This document shows positions 37,440 through 50,887 of a stretch of DNA of 64,000 nucleotides, one piece after another (position 1 is the stretch's first letter; every line of letters begins with the position of its first letter). The translations under genes were made by a program, and so were the position numbers. The DNA comes from Leucoraja erinacea (lineage: Eukaryota): positions 19,592,001 through 19,656,000 of the forward strand of contig NC_073400.1 of assembly GCF_028641065.1 (NCBI RefSeq). Reading direction: 5' to 3'. The notes under the pieces were generated by a model. The model was not told where the DNA came from, made no database searches, and worked only from the letters and a program-made list of their open reading frames with translations.

Positions 37440-38610
37440 ATGTCAACGATAAGCATTTGACAGCACTGGGCCTCTACTCGCTGGAGTTTAGAAGGTTGCG
37501 GGAGACCTCATTGAAACTTACCGAATAATGAAAGAATAATGAGTGGATGTGGATAGGATGTTTCCACTGGTGGGAGAGTCTAGGACCAGAGGTCATAGCC
37601 TCAGAATTAAAGGCCGGTCTTTTGGAAAGGAGGTGAGGAGGAACTTCTTTAGTCAGAGGGTAGTTAATCTGTGGAACTCATTGCCACAGAGGGCTGTGGA
37701 GGCCAGGTCAGTGGATATTTTTAAGGCAGAGGTAGACAAATTCTTGATTAGAACGGGCATCAAGAATTAAGGGAATGTCCCACTTTCCCGAGTTATTCAC
37801 GAATTCTCCCGAGTTTTCAAACTCGCAGAATGTTCGTAATATATACATAGAAACATAGAAAATAGGTGCAGGAGTAGGCCATTCGGCCCTTCGAGCCTGC
37901 ACCACCATTCAATATGATCATGGCTGATCATCCAACTCAGTATCCTGTACCTGCCTTCTCTCCATACCCCCTGATCCCTTTAGCCACAAGGGCCACATCT
38001 AACTCCCTCTTAACTAAAGCCAATGAACTGGCCTCAACTACCTTCTGTGGCAGAGAATTCCAGAGATTCACCACTCTCTGTGTGAAAAATGTTTTCTTCA
38101 TCTCGGTCCGAAAAGATTTCCCCCTTATCCTTAAACTGTGACCCCTTGTTCTGGACTTCCCCAACATCGGGAACAATCTTCCTGCATCTAGCCTGTCCAA
38201 GATGCAGGAAGATTGTTCCCGATGTTAATACCCGCTGGCTCGTTATGCCAGCCGTAGGTACTCGGGGCTATTTTTTTTACTCGTGGACATTTTTCATCAG
38301 GCCGATAAAACGTCCCGACTTACCTGATGCCCCGAGTAACTACGGCTGGCATAACGAGCCGCTACAATATATCCACGGACTCCTACGACCTCCTACGGAC
38401 TTGTTACGAACATTCTGCGAGTTTGAAAACTTAGGAGAATTCGTGAATAACTTGGGAGAATTCGTGAATAACTCGGGAAAGTGGGACAGGCCCTTTATGG
38501 GTAGAAGGGAGGAAAATGGGATTAGAAGGCAGAGATCATCCATGATTGAATGGCAGAGTAGAGTCGATGGACCGAATGGCCCAATTTTATTCTACAACAT
38601 GTGAACGTGA
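37440..38610 (+). mobile_element. CR1 3' fragment hosting a MITE
   Basis: ESRTRGHSLRIKG..VVNLWNSLP; the 3' UTR resumes after 38497. Confidence 0.8.
37770..38494. mobile_element. PIF/Harbinger-type MITE containing a nested CR1 fragment (about 37845-38226, minus strand)
   Basis: TIRs AGGGAATGTCCCACTTTCCCGAGTTATTCACGAATTCTCC.. and ..GAATTCGTGAATAACTCGGGAAAGTGGGACAGGCCCT, with TTA TSD. Confidence 0.8.
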
Positions 38611-38664
38611 ATATGCTGTTGAACTTCTACAGGTAGTTGTATAACAATCTTGTTCAGCAAGATC

Positions 38665-38966
38665 ACGGTGGTGCAGCGGTAGAGTTGCTACTTTACAATG
38701 AATGCAGCGCCGGAGACCCGGGTTCGATCTGTACGGAGTTTGTACGTTCTCCCCGTGACCTGCGTGGGTTTTCTCCGAGATCTTCGGTTTCCTCTCATAC
38801 TCCAATGACATACAGGTTTGTAGGGTAATTAGCTTGGTAAAGGTGAAAATTGCCCCTAGTGGGGGTAGGATAGTGTTAATGTGTGGGGATCACTGGTCGG
38901 CGCGGACCCAGTTGGGACAAGGGTCCGTTTTTGTGCTGTATCTCTAAACTAAACTAAACTAAACTG
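38665..38966 (+). mobile_element. tRNA-derived V-SINE (HE1-like)
   Basis: A/B-box head (GGTGCAGCGGTAGAG..GGTTCGATC), V-domain-like core GAGTTTGTACGTTCTCCCCGTGACC and (TAAAC)n tail. Related copies lie at about 54465-54690 and 61080-61243. Confidence 0.8.
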
Positions 38967-39593
38967 GAACATGCAGGAACAAAGGAGATTGTAAGAAGTG
39001 CTGAACACCACCAATTTTTTTAATCATGGGTACTGATCACTTCACCATCAATAGGACACTGCTTCAAAAAAAGCAGGGAGCATCATCAAAGACCCACAAC
39101 CCCCTGGAATGTCTCTCTGTTCACTCCTAGAATCAGGAAGAAGGTTTAAAAGTCTGAATACCATGACCACCAGGTTCGATTATAACTCCGGCCCAACAAA
39201 CATTAGGCTCTTGAACACAACAAAACACTAACTAAACTATAAACCGTGGACTGACTTTGATTGCTCTAAGGACTTCAGCCCTTTTTGCATGTATTTTTTG
39301 AACGGAGGGGGTGAGGTTAATTACAAATTTATTTCTTTTATTTTTGTTACAGGCCCTTTTAACAAAAATGAACAGACTGCAACTCCTGCCCTCACTCCGC
39401 ACTTACAGAATGTCATGCCATAGGAGAGACAGTTTCTCACAGTGATGGGAAGCGAGACAGAAAAAGGTGGGTTGCCTTCTGTAATCTTTCTCTTTGCCTC
39501 TCTCTTTTTTCTGTTAAATGAATAATGGTGCTGTATATACTGTAGCAAGGAGGATTATCTTAGTTAACATAATGATATTGATCAGATGGAAAG

Positions 39594-39820
39594 TGTCGAG
39601 TTATGCTTGTAATAAGGCTCGTACCACGACGTAAACAGAGTATACCTTTAATCTGTACAATAACAGCAGCCACTGCAACAGCCTCGTGTAAGCCCAGGCC
39701 TCTCTCTCCAACTGCCGACACCCTGGGTTTTCCAGACACAACCGGTTACTGGAGCCTGGCTTCTGGCAGGGTCCTAGTGCCCCTCTGCTCAGCCTTACTC
39801 TATTATTGCATAATACCACA
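39594..39820 (-). mobile_element. Short solo LTR (227 bp)
   Basis: TG...CA ends with imperfect inverted termini, 5-bp TSD GAAAG splitting a CR1 remnant, and ATTAAA on the minus strand. Confidence 0.72.
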
Positions 39821-41439
39821 GAAAGTTGGGCAGAGCAATGGCAGATGCAGTTAAATCTTGTCAAAAGCAAGGTGACGCTTTTAGGAAGTCAAATAAGGGA
39901 AGTAAATGGTCAGACCCTAGGGAGTGTAGATGGGCAGAAGAATCTTCAGGTGCAAGTCCACAGATTCATGAATGTGGCAACACATATATCCTTCCCTTAT
40001 TTGACTGCCGAAATGCATCATTTTGCAGAGAGATAGGATGGTGAAGAAGATATATGGATGCATGCCCTCACCAACTGTAGCATAGAATCTAAGAGCTGGA
40101 ACATCATGCTTTATCCAAATGCTTGTAGATCCTGTTCCCTAAGGATTCCCTCCAATAGCACTTACATCAGGCTCATCGGTCAGTAGTTCCCCAAGTTATC
40201 CTTGCTGCCCTTCTTAAATACAACATTAGCCACCCTCTAGTCTTCCAGAACACCTGTGGCTAACAATGATGCAAAAATCTTTGCAAAGGCCTCCACAATT
40301 TCTGTCTTAATTGTACTGTATGTACTTGGTTAGACCATGGGGATTAATCCACCTTCTTGTGCTAAAATATGTCAACATCTCCTCCTTGGTAATTCTATAA
40401 GATTTAAGGCAACACAAATCATTTGCCTCAATTCCTTAGCTTCCAAGAGAATCATCTTCACCGTCGATGATAGCACTTACTTTAGTGTCATCTGCAAACT
40501 TCCTTCCGTGAAGCCAATTCTGTATCCAGTCAGCAAGCTCCCCCAGGATCCCATGCAATCTAACCTTCTAGAGAAACCTACCATGCTGAATCTTATCAAA
40601 GGCCTTGCTGGTCCATAGAAACAACATCAATGGCATTGCCCTTGTTTAATTTCTTGATTACTTGTTCAGAAAACTCAATCAAATTCAAAAGGCACTTCAA
40701 TCACTTGTCCTACCTCATTCCCTGGAGAAGATCTAGTGTTGCGGCCCTCTCTATATTGACTAAGGGAACTTTCTTGAACACACAAAACAAATTTCATTCC
40801 AACCAAGCCCTTTACACCTGGAGATGCAGTCAATATTAGGGAAGGTGAATTTTCCCACTAATACCCACTAAATTTCCCACTAATACCCCATTAAATGTCC
40901 CATTCTTATTTTTACAGGTCTCTGCAATCACTCTACACTTCTTTAAATATCCTGCTGTTGTGGGGGTGTGGGGATGGGGAATCTATAATAGTCCCATCAA
41001 TCTGATCACCCCCTTCCTGTTTCTAAGTTCTACTCATGTAGCTTTATTGGACACTGGCCCATGAATATCCTCTCTGAGCATAGTATTTATGTCTTCCTTG
41101 TAATTTTTTACCATCAGAGAGCTGATGGGTCTCAATATCCAGATCCCTGTGGAGATCAGGGGCTATTGTCAAGGTGATGAGCGGTTCTCACAGGACGAGG
41201 GGTTAATGAAACACTAATCAAATGGTGGCAGGAAATGACGGAGGTTCAGAACACTACTGATCAACAAGTGGAGAGATGTGTGAAGCAAACAATGGAGCTG
41301 GGCTCCATCTGTAGAGAAAAGGTGTGAAAAGGATATCGAGGCAGAGGTAGGCAGGAGCAAAGACAAATTTAAAGGCTGATAGTACAGCTGAGCGAGACTA
41401 AAGATTTTGCAAGACCAGGGAGGTAAGAATCAGCACAGG

Positions 41440-41925
41440 AGCACCACAGGAGCACCTCAAGGCTGCGTGCTCAGCCCCCTGCTGTACTCACTCTATACTC
41501 ATGCTTGTGTAGCCGGACATAATGTGAACTCTATCAAGTTCGCCGATTACACCACTGTTGTGGGACGAATCACAGATGGTAATGAGTCAGAGGATAGAAC
41601 TGAGATCGACCGATTGGCCAAATAGTGCCAGCACAACAACCTGGCTTTCAACACCAGTAAAACCAAGGAACTGATTGTGGACTTTTGAAGGGGTAGGATA
41701 GGAACCCACAATCCCATTTATATCAACGGGACAATAGTGGAAGGTCAAAAACTTCAAATTCCTGGGCATGCATATTTCCGAAGATCTTTCCTAATTCCAG
41801 CACACTGATGCAATTAAAAAGAACTACTTCCTGAGAAGATACGGAGTGTCGGTATGTCAAGGAGGACTCTCCCGAATTTCTACAGGTGCACAGTAGAGAG
41901 CATACTGACTGGCTGCATCATGGCA
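41440..41925 (+). mobile_element. Rex1/Babar RT fragment, decayed
   Basis: TGAPQGCVLSPLLYSLYT..KFAD(Y)TTVVGRI. Confidence 0.82.
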
Positions 41926-42820
41926 TTTCCCTCATCCGCATTTCCTCTATGTCCTGTAGTTCTGCTCTTATTCCACCTACCTCCAGACAGAATAATGATA
42001 GAGTTCCCATGTTCCTCATTAATCACATCACCAGCCACCACATCCATCACATCATACTCTGACATTTCACTCATCGCCAGGGTGATCCCACCAGTAGACG
42101 GCTCCTTCCATAATTCCTTGGTTCACCCATCCTTTCCCACCCAATACACCCCTCCCCAGGTATCCGCAGGAGATATAACACCTGTCCCTATACCTCCTCC
42201 CTCACCTTCATCCAGGGACCCCAGCAGTCCTTCCAGATGGGTCAGAGGTTCACGTGCACCCCCTCGAAACTCATCTACCGCATCTGTTATTCCTGATGTG
42301 GCCTCTTGTACATCAGTGAGACCAAGCGTAGGCTTGACGACTGCTTCGCTGAACACATGCAATTGGTCCGCCAAGGCTTACTGGATCTCCCGGTTGCTAA
42401 CATTTTAATTCTCCTTTGCATTCCCAGGCTGACCTTTCTGTCCTTGGCCTCCTCCATTGCCAGACTGAGGCCACATGCAAACTGAGGAACAGTATCTCAT
42501 ACTCCACGGATAGCTTACAACTCAATGGTATGAACACTGAATTTTCCCCATTTTAGGTAACCTCTAACTAACCCCCTCCCTCCTCCCTCCCCTGGGCCCC
42601 ACCTGGACTCCCACCTATTCCCCTCCCTGACTCTTCCTTCACCCCCACCACCCCCGCCCGCTTAACTCAGCGGATCAGACAATAGTCTGAAGTGGGGTCC
42701 TGACCCAAAATGTCTCCTATCCATATTCTTCAGAGATACTACCTGACCTACTGAGTTACTCCAGCACTGTGTCCTTCTGTGTAAACCAGCATCTGCAGAA
42801 CTTGCTGTTCTTTGTTACTC
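41925..42820 (+). mobile_element. Penelope-like element fragment (GIY-YIG region plus terminal segment)
   Basis: ggcctcttgtacatcagtgagaccaagcgtaggctt (LLYI.ETKRRL) followed by the ctgagttactccagc terminal repeat. Confidence 0.65.
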
Positions 42821-44255
42821 CATCTTCAATATTCTGCTAAACCTCCTCCACATCCTTCCTGTACAGTGGCTTGCAAAAGTATTCACACCCCTTGAACTTT
42901 TCCACATTTTGTCACGTTACAACCACAAACGTAAATGTATTTTATAGGGATTTTATGTGATAGACCAACACAAAGTGGTGCATAATTGTGAAGTGGAAGG
43001 AAAATGATACATGGTTTTCAAATTTTTTTCCAAATAAAAAACTGAAAAGTGTGGGGTGCAAAAGTATTCAGCCCCCCTGAGTCAATACTTTGTAGAACCA
43101 CCTTTCGCTGCAATTACAGCTGCAAGTCTTTTGGGGTATGTCTCTACCAGCTTTGCACATCTAGAGACTGAAATTTTTGCCCATTCTTCTTTGCGAAATA
43201 GCTCAAGCTCAGTCAGATTGGATGGAGAGCGTCTGTGAACAGAAATTTTCAAGTCTTGCCAGAGATTCTCAATTGGATTTAGGTCTGGACTTTGACTGGG
43301 CCAATCTAACACATGAATATGCTTTGATCTAAACCATTCCATTGTAGCTCTGGCTGTATGTTTAGGGTCGTTGTCCTGCTGGAAGGTGAACCTCCACCCC
43401 AGTCTCAAGTCTTTTGCAGACTCTAACAGGTTTTCTTCCAAGATGCCCTGTATTTGGCTCCATCCATCTTCCCATCAACTCTGACCAGCTTCCCTGCCCC
43501 TGCTGAAGAAAAGCATCCCCACAGCATGATGCTGCCACCACCATGTTTCACAGTGAGGATGGTGTGTTCAGGGTGATGTGCAGTGTTAGTTTTCTGCCAC
43601 ACATAGCGTTTTGCATTTAGGCCAAGAACTTCAATTTTGGTTTCATCTGACCAGAGCACCTTCCTCCACATGTTTGCTGTGTCCCCCACATGGCTTGTGG
43701 CAAACTGAAAACGGGACTTCTTATGGCTTTTTTTCAACAATGGCTTTCTTCTTGCCACTCTTCCATAAAGGCCCGATTTGTGGAGTGCACGACTAATAGT
43801 TGTCCTGTGGACAGATTCTCCCACCTGAACTGTGGATCTCTGCAGCTCCTCCAGAGTTACCATGGGCCTCTTGGCTGCTTCTCTGATCAATGCTCTCCTT
43901 TCCCGGCCTGTCAGTTTAGGTGGACAGCCATGTCTTGGTAGGTTTGCAGTTGTGCCATACTCTTTCCATTTTCAGATGATGGATTGAACAGTGCTCCGTG
44001 AGATGTTCAAAGCTTGGGATATTTTTTTATAACCTAACCGTACTTTAAACTTCTCCACAACTATCCCTGACCTGTCTGGTGTGTTCCTTGGGCTTCATGA
44101 TGCTGTTTGTTCACTAATGTTCTCTAACAAACCTCTGAGGCCTTCACAGAACAGCTGTATTTATACTGAGATTAGATTACACACAAGTGGACTCTATTTA
44201 CTAATTAGGTGACTTCTGAAGGCAATTGGTTGCACTGGATTTTATTTAAGGGTAT

Positions 44256-47200
44256 AGAAACATAGAAACATAGAAATTCAGGTGCAGGAGTAGGCCATTC
44301 GACCCTTCGAGCCTGCACCGCCATTCAATATGATCATGGCTGATCATCCAACTCAGTATCCCGTACCTGCCTTCTCTCCATACCCCCTGATCCCCTTAGC
44401 CACAAGGGCCCCACATCTAACTCCCTCTTAAATATAGACAATGAACTGGCCTCAACTACCCTCTGTGGCAGAGAGTTCCAGAGATTCGCCACTCTCTGTG
44501 TGAAAAAAGTTCTTCTCATCTCGGTTTTAATGGATTTCCCCCTTATCCTTAAGCTATGACCCCTTGTCCTGGACTTCCCTAACATCGGGAACAATCTTCC
44601 TGCATCTAGCCTGTCCAACCCCTTAAGAATTTTGTAAGTTTCTATAAGATCCCCTCTCAATCTTCTAAATTCTAGAGAGTATAAACCAAGTCTATCCAGT
44701 CTTTCTTCATAAGACAGTCCTGACATCCCAGGAATCAGTCTGGTGAACCGTCTCTGCACTCCCTCTATGGCAATAATGTCCTTCCTCAGATTTGGAGACC
44801 AAAACTGTATGCAATACTCCAGGTGTGGTCTCACCAAGACCCTGTACAACTGCAGTAGAACCTCCCTGCTCCTATACTCAAATCCTTTTGCAATGAAAGC
44901 TAACATACCATTCGCTTTCTTTACTGCCTGCTGCACCTGCATGCCTACCTTCAATGACTGGTGTACCAGGTCTCGCTGCATCTCCCCCTTTCCCAATCGG
45001 CCACCATTTAGATAATAGTCTGCTTTCCCGTTTTTTTGCCACCAAAATGGATAACCTCACATTTATCCACATTATACTGCATCTGCCAAACATTTGCCCA
45101 CTCACCCAGCCTATCCAAGTCACCTTGCAGTCTCCTAGCATCCTCCTCACAGCTAACACTGCCCCCCTCTTAGTGTCATCCGCAAACTTGGAGATATTGC
45201 CTTCAATTCCCTCATCCAGATCATTAATATATATTGTAAATAGCTGGGGTCCCAGCACTGAGCCTTGTGGTACCCCACTAGTCACTGCCTGCCATTGTGA
45301 AAAGGACCCGTTTACTCCTACTCTTTGCTTCATGTTTGCCAGCCAGTTCTCTATCCACATCAATACTGAACCCCCAATGCCTTGTGCTTTAAGTTTGTAT
45401 ACTAATCTCTTATGTGGGACCTTGTCGAAAGCCTTCTGGAAGTCCAAATACACCACATCCACTGGTTCTCCCCTATCCACGCTACTAGTTACATCCTCAA
45501 AAAATTCTATAAGATTCGTCAGACATGATTTACCTTTCGTAAATCCATGCTGACTTTGTCCAATGATTTCACCACTTTCCAAATGTGCTGCTATCCCATC
45601 TTTAATAACTGACTCTAGCAGTTTCCCCACTACCGATGTTAGACTAACTGGTCTGTAATTCCCCCCTTTTCTCTCTCTCCTCCCTTCTTAAAAAGTGGGG
45701 TTACGTTTGCTACCCGCCAATCTTCAGGAACTACTCTCCAGAATCTAAAGAGTTTTGAAAGATTATTACTAATGATCCACTATTTCTGGAGCTACTTCCT
45801 TAAGTACTCTGGGATGCAGCCTATCTGGCCCTGGGGATTTATCGGCCTTTAATCCATTCAATTTTACCCAACACCACTTCCCAGCTAACCTGGATTTCAC
45901 TCAGTTCCTTCATCTCATTTCATCCCCGGTCCCCTGCTATTTCCGGCAGATTATTAATGTCTTCCTTAGTGAAGACAGAACCAAAGTAGTTATTCAATTG
46001 GTCTGCCATGTCCTTGTTCCCCATGATCAACTCCCTGTTTCTGACTGCAAGGGACCTACATTTGTTTTAACTAATCTCTTTCTTTGCACATATCTATAAA
46101 AAACTTTGCAGTCAGTTTTTATGTTCCCTGCCAGCTTTCTATCATAATCTATTTTTCATTTCCTAATTAATCCCTTTGTCCTCCTCTGCTAGTCTTTGAA
46201 TTTCTCCCAGTCCTCTGTTATGCTGCTTTTTCTGGCTAATTTGCACGCATCATCCTTCGCTTTGATACTATCCCTGATTTCCCTTGTTATCCATGGATGT
46301 TCAATGTACCTTCCCTGATTTATTTCTTTTGCCAAAAATGGGATGAACAATTTTTGTAGTTCATCCATGCAGTCTTTAAATGTTCTCCATTGTATATCCA
46401 CCGTCAACCCTTTTAGAATTAATTGCCAGTCAATCTTGGCCAATTCACGTCTCATACCCTCAAAGTTACCTTTCTTTAAGTTCAGAACCATTGTTTCTGA
46501 ATTAACAATGTCACTCTCCATCCTAATGAAGAACTCAACCATATTATGGTCACTCTTGCCCAAGGGGGCACGTACAACAAGATTGCTAACTAACCCTTCC
46601 TCATTACTCAATACCCAGTCTAAAATAGCCTGCTCTCTCGTTGGTTCCTCTACATGTTGATTTAGATAACTATCCCGCATACATTCCAAGAAATCCTCTT
46701 CCTCAGCACCCCTGCCAATTTGATTCACCCAATCTATATGTAGATTGAAGTCACCCATTATAACCGTTTTGCCTTTGTCGCACGCATTTCTAATTTCCTG
46801 TTTGATACCATCTCCAACTTCACTACTACTGTTAGGTGGCCTGTACACAACACCCACCAGCGTTTTTCTGCCCCTTAGTGTTTTGCAGCTCTACCCATAC
46901 CGATTCCACATCCTCCAAACTAATGTCCTTCCTTTCCATTGCATTAATCCCCTCTCTAATCAGTAACGCTACCCCACCTCCTTTTCCTTTCTGTCTATCC
47001 CTCCTGAATATTGAATATCCCTGGATGTTCAGCTCCCAACCTTGGTCACCCTGGAGCCATGTCTCCGTGATCCCAACTATATCATAGTCATTAATAGCTA
47101 TCTGCACATTCAACTCATCCACCTTATTACGAATGCTCCTTGCATTGAGACACAAAGCCTTCAGGCTTGTTTTTACAACACTCTTACCCCTTATACAATT

Positions 47201-48557
47201 ATGTTGAAAGTGGCCCTTTTTGATTTTTGCCCTGGTTTTGTCTGCCTGCCACTTTTACTTTTCACCTTGCTACCTATTTCTTCTACCCTCATTTTACACC
47301 CCTCGGTCTCTACGCTCACACATTTAAGAAACCCTTTCCCTTTAACTCCATCCTCCACTATCCCATTCGACACCCCACCCCCCTTATTCAGTTTAAAGCC
47401 ACCCGTGTAGCAGTGGCAAACCTGCCTGCCAGAATGCTGGTCCCACACCTGTTAAGATGCAATCCGTCCCTTTTGTACAGTTCCCCCTTACCCCAAAACA
47501 GATCCCAGTGATCTAAGAATCTAAATCCCTGCCCCGTGCACCAGTTGCTCAGCCACACGTTCAGGTCCCGTATCTCCCTGTTCCTGCTCTCGCCAGCACG
47601 GGGAACTGGAAGCAAACCGGACATAACAACCCTGGAGGTCCTGCTTTTCAACATTTTTCCGAGCTCTCTATAGTCACGCTGCAGAATATTCATCCCCTTT
47701 TTTCCGACATCGTTTGTGCCGACATGCACTACCACTTCCGGATGTTCACCTTCGCCCTTGAGGATTTTCTGCACTCTGTCCGTGACATCCTGGATCCTGG
47801 CACCGGGAAGGCAGCACACCATCCTCGCATCCCGTCTGTTGCCGCAGAAACCCCTGTCCGTACCTCTCACGATGGAGTCTCCCACTACAATGGCCTTGCC
47901 TGCCTTAGGCCTTTTTGGTTTTGGCTCAACAGCCCTATTCGCATCACAGGCCAGTCCGCCGCTCACGTCTTCTGTCCCAACAGCTTCTAAGCGGATGAAC
48001 CTGTTTACAAGAGGTACACCACCCGGGGACGTTGGCATTCCATGCTTCCCTCCCTTTCTCACTGTTTCCCACCTTCTCTCTTCCAGTACCTTAGGTGTAA
48101 CAATCGTACTGTAGGACTTGTCAAGGAACGACTCAGTTTCTCGTACGAACCGGAGGTCATCCACTTGCTTCTCCAGTTCCCCAACACGGCCCTTCAGGAG
48201 CTCTACCTGGATGCACTTTTCGCATTTGTAGCAGCCAGAGGCACCAGCGGTGTCCTTGACCTCCCACATACTGCAAGCATCGCACTGAATCAGCTTGCCT
48301 GACATCTCCTTCTTTGGTCTCTCCCCCTCAAGCGTATTGCCTGGTCTCCTCGCCGAAGACTCTCGAGCCAAAGACTCACACTTTACTCACAGGGCACTTC
48401 CCTCACAAGGCCGCTCACTCACTGCCGCTCGCAAAGAGCTGTCCTGCTTAAATTGACTGATAAATTGCCTGATTTACCAATTTACAAAGCAAATTCCTCA
48501 GTTTTCAACTGTTTTCATCCCTCTCCTCCCACTTGGGCTAGAGCCAAGTGGGAGGAA
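44256..48557 (-). mobile_element. Full-length CR1 LINE (ORF1 plus APE-RT ORF2)
   Basis: (CATAGAAA)n tail, ORF2 pieces 47155->~44350 ([26 protein letters not shown]) and an apparent GTAT TSD. Confidence 0.95.
47388..48371 (-). CDS. CR1 ORF1 protein (zinc finger/leucine zipper plus SGNH/GDSL esterase domain)
   Basis: 327-aa open frame with CxxC..CxxC, a coiled coil and the motifs IVVGDSIVRG, VHVGTND and DGLHLN. Confidence 0.9.
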   Translation of the reverse strand: MARESSARRPGNTLEGERPKKEMSGKLIQCDACSMWEVKDTAGASGCYKCEKCIQVELLKGRVGELEKQVDDLRFVRETESFLDKSYSTIVTPKVLEERRWETVRKGGKHGMPTSPGGVPLVNRFIRLEAVGTEDVSGGLACDANRAVEPKPKRPKAGKAIVVGDSIVRGTDRGFCGNRRDARMVCCLPGARIQDVTDRVQKILKGEGEHPEVVVHVGTNDVGKKGMNILQRDYRELGKMLKSRTSRVVMSGLLPVPRAGESRNREIRDLNVWLSNWCTGQGFRFLDHWDLFWGKGELYKRDGLHLNRCGTSILAGRFATATRVALN

Positions 48558-49049
48558 GTATCAGAGTAAAGGGGGCTGAATACTTTTGCACGCCACACTT
48601 TTCAGTATTTTATTTGTAAACAAATTTGAAAACCATGTATCATTTTCCTTCCACTTCACAATTATGCGTCACTTTGTGTTGGTCTATCACATAAAATCCC
48701 AATAAAATACATATACGTTTGTGGTTGTAACGTGACAAAATGTGGAAAAGTTCAAGGGGTACGAATACTTTTGCAAGCCACTGTAAATAAGCGAGCAGTA
48801 CTACACACAAGACTCCATATGCAGCCTAACCAAAGTCCCATAAAGCTGTATCATGACTTCCTGGCTCTTGTGCTCAATGACCCGACTATGAAAGCAAGTA
48901 CACCATGTGCCTACTTTAGCACTCAATCTACTTGTGTTGCCACTTTCTGGACTCCTGGATCCCTCTTACATCAATGCTATTAAGGGTCATGCCAGCAATT
49001 GTATATTTTCTTCTTACATTCAACATTCCAAAGTGCAACACCTCACAGG

Positions 49050-49572
49050 ATTAAATTTGAGGAAGGACATTCTTGCTATTGAGGGACTGCAGCGTTGGTT
49101 TACAAGGTTATTTCCCGGGATGGCGGGACTGTCATAAGCTGAGAGAATGGAGCACCTGGGCTTGTGTACTCTGGAGTTTAGAAGTATGAGAGGATATCTT
49201 ATTGAAACACATAAGATTATGAAGGGTTTGGACACGCTAGAGGCAGGAAACATGTTCCCGATGTTGGGGGAGTCCAGAACCAGGGGCCACATTTTAAGAA
49301 TACGGGGTAAGCCATTTAGAACAGAGATGAGGAAACACTTTTTCACACAGAGAGTTGTGAGTCTGTGGAATTCTCTGCCTCAGAGGGCGGTGGAGGCAGG
49401 TTCTCTGGATACTTTCAAGAAAGAGCTAGATGCGGCTTTTAAAGATAGTGGAATCAGGGGATACGGGGAGAAGGCATGAACAGGGTACTGATTGGGGATG
49501 ATCAGCCATGAGTACACTGAATGGCGGTGCTGGCTCGAAGGGCCGAATGGCCTACTCCTGCACCTATTGCCA
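49050..49572 (+). mobile_element. CR1 3' fragment
   Basis: ORF2 C-terminal remnant and 3' UTR hairpin region. Confidence 0.85.
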
Positions 49573-49641
49573 ATTGACACCACGTGGGAGTATTTGAGGG
49601 GACAGTGTAGAGAAAATTTCCTTCTGTGCCCAACCTGTGCC

Positions 49642-50599
49642 TTTTAAAAAAACATTTAAAAATTACAAATACTTCTATTCAGAAAACTAAAACAAATATA
49701 CAAAATGGTAACACGAACAAAACTGCCTTTGTGGCAGTTTATAAAACAACAGTCATCAACTTTAAAATAACGTCATCCTGATCAGTAATACACTCGGTCT
49801 CCCGCGGCGACCAGTGTTCACGGGAAGGCCAGAGTCCCCGTCGACACCGCGTGTGTGTTCCCTCTCCAGGGACACGCGGGCACGGAAAAGTGGGAAGCAG
49901 CCAACCCCGACGTGGTCGTCGACTACCTGCTGCCTGGACCCGAGAATGGTCATCTTGTCCCTTGTCCCCTGGAGCAGTCCAACAGGGAGACCCCCCCCCC
50001 CCCCCCCCTCGCTCATGACCCTCCTCCCACTATACCAGATGCCCAAATCGCAGGAACGTGGGGCTAAAATTTAGCCAAAACGTGAGGAGCAGCCCCTTCA
50101 GAAAGTCGAACAGGGGCTGCAACCTCTCACACTCCATGTAGACATGGAAGTGACAGACAGCTGGTGAGTCCGTGAACCGGCTCAAGTACCTGTTACAGGC
50201 CACAACCTTGTGCAACATTCTCCACCCAGGTCCCCGATGTAAAGGGGGAGGACTCCCTTATAGAGAGACCTCCACTGGGTCCCGCTCCTGCTGTCAGGTC
50301 CAACCTGTGCCATTTTTTTTTACAAATTATTTTATTCATAAAACAAAAACCAACATACAGACTATTAACATGATCAAAGGCTGCCTATATTGGCAGTTTA
50401 CAAACAAGCAATCATCAAATTAATATATCACCAACTTTAACAATAATACACTCAACCTGCCGCGGCGACCAGCATTCACGGAAGGCCTCCAGAGTCCTCG
50501 TGGACGTGTGTTCTACTCTCCACCCCAGGTCCCCGATGTACAGGGGAAGGACTCCCTGATAGAGAGACCTCCACTGGGGACCGTTCCCGCCGTCAGGTC
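49642..50599 (-). mobile_element. Two tandem Tx1/L1-clade LINE 3' fragments inside the ~56-bp repeat
   Basis: LHxxVACNRYLSRF..HVYMECxRLQPLF and RARVSLEREH remnants with T-rich tails. CCAACCTGTG(C/T)C is repeated at 49630, 50300 and 50599. Confidence 0.8.
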
Positions 50600-50887
50600 C
50601 AACCTGTGTCCTGGGAGTGTGTGGGGACTCTATGGAGGGAGTTTCACTGTATCTAATCTGGGCTCTGGGAGTGTGTGAGGGGACGGTGTTGAGAGAGCTT
50701 TACTCTGCGTTTAACCCTTGCCCTGGGCGTATGTGACGGGACACTCTAGACGGAGCTTTCACTGTACCTAACTCATATGTTCTCCGCCTTGGGTGTGTGG
50801 AGTCCAGGGTTATACCAGCTGTGAATGTAATAAAGATGCCAGATAGAGGAAATTGAAACACAAAGATTTGCTTAGAAAAGAACTCAC

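Larger units (their letters stand above)
42864..48783 (-). mobile_element. Second Passport-like Tc1 copy, split by a full-length CR1
   Basis: Same TIRs and TA TSD as 12167-13784. Sequence breaks at 44255 and resumes at 48558; transposase is frameshifted. Confidence 0.93.

Noticed and set aside
38665-38730. tRNA gene
   Set aside because: It is the tRNA-derived head of a SINE continuing into the V-domain core and tail.
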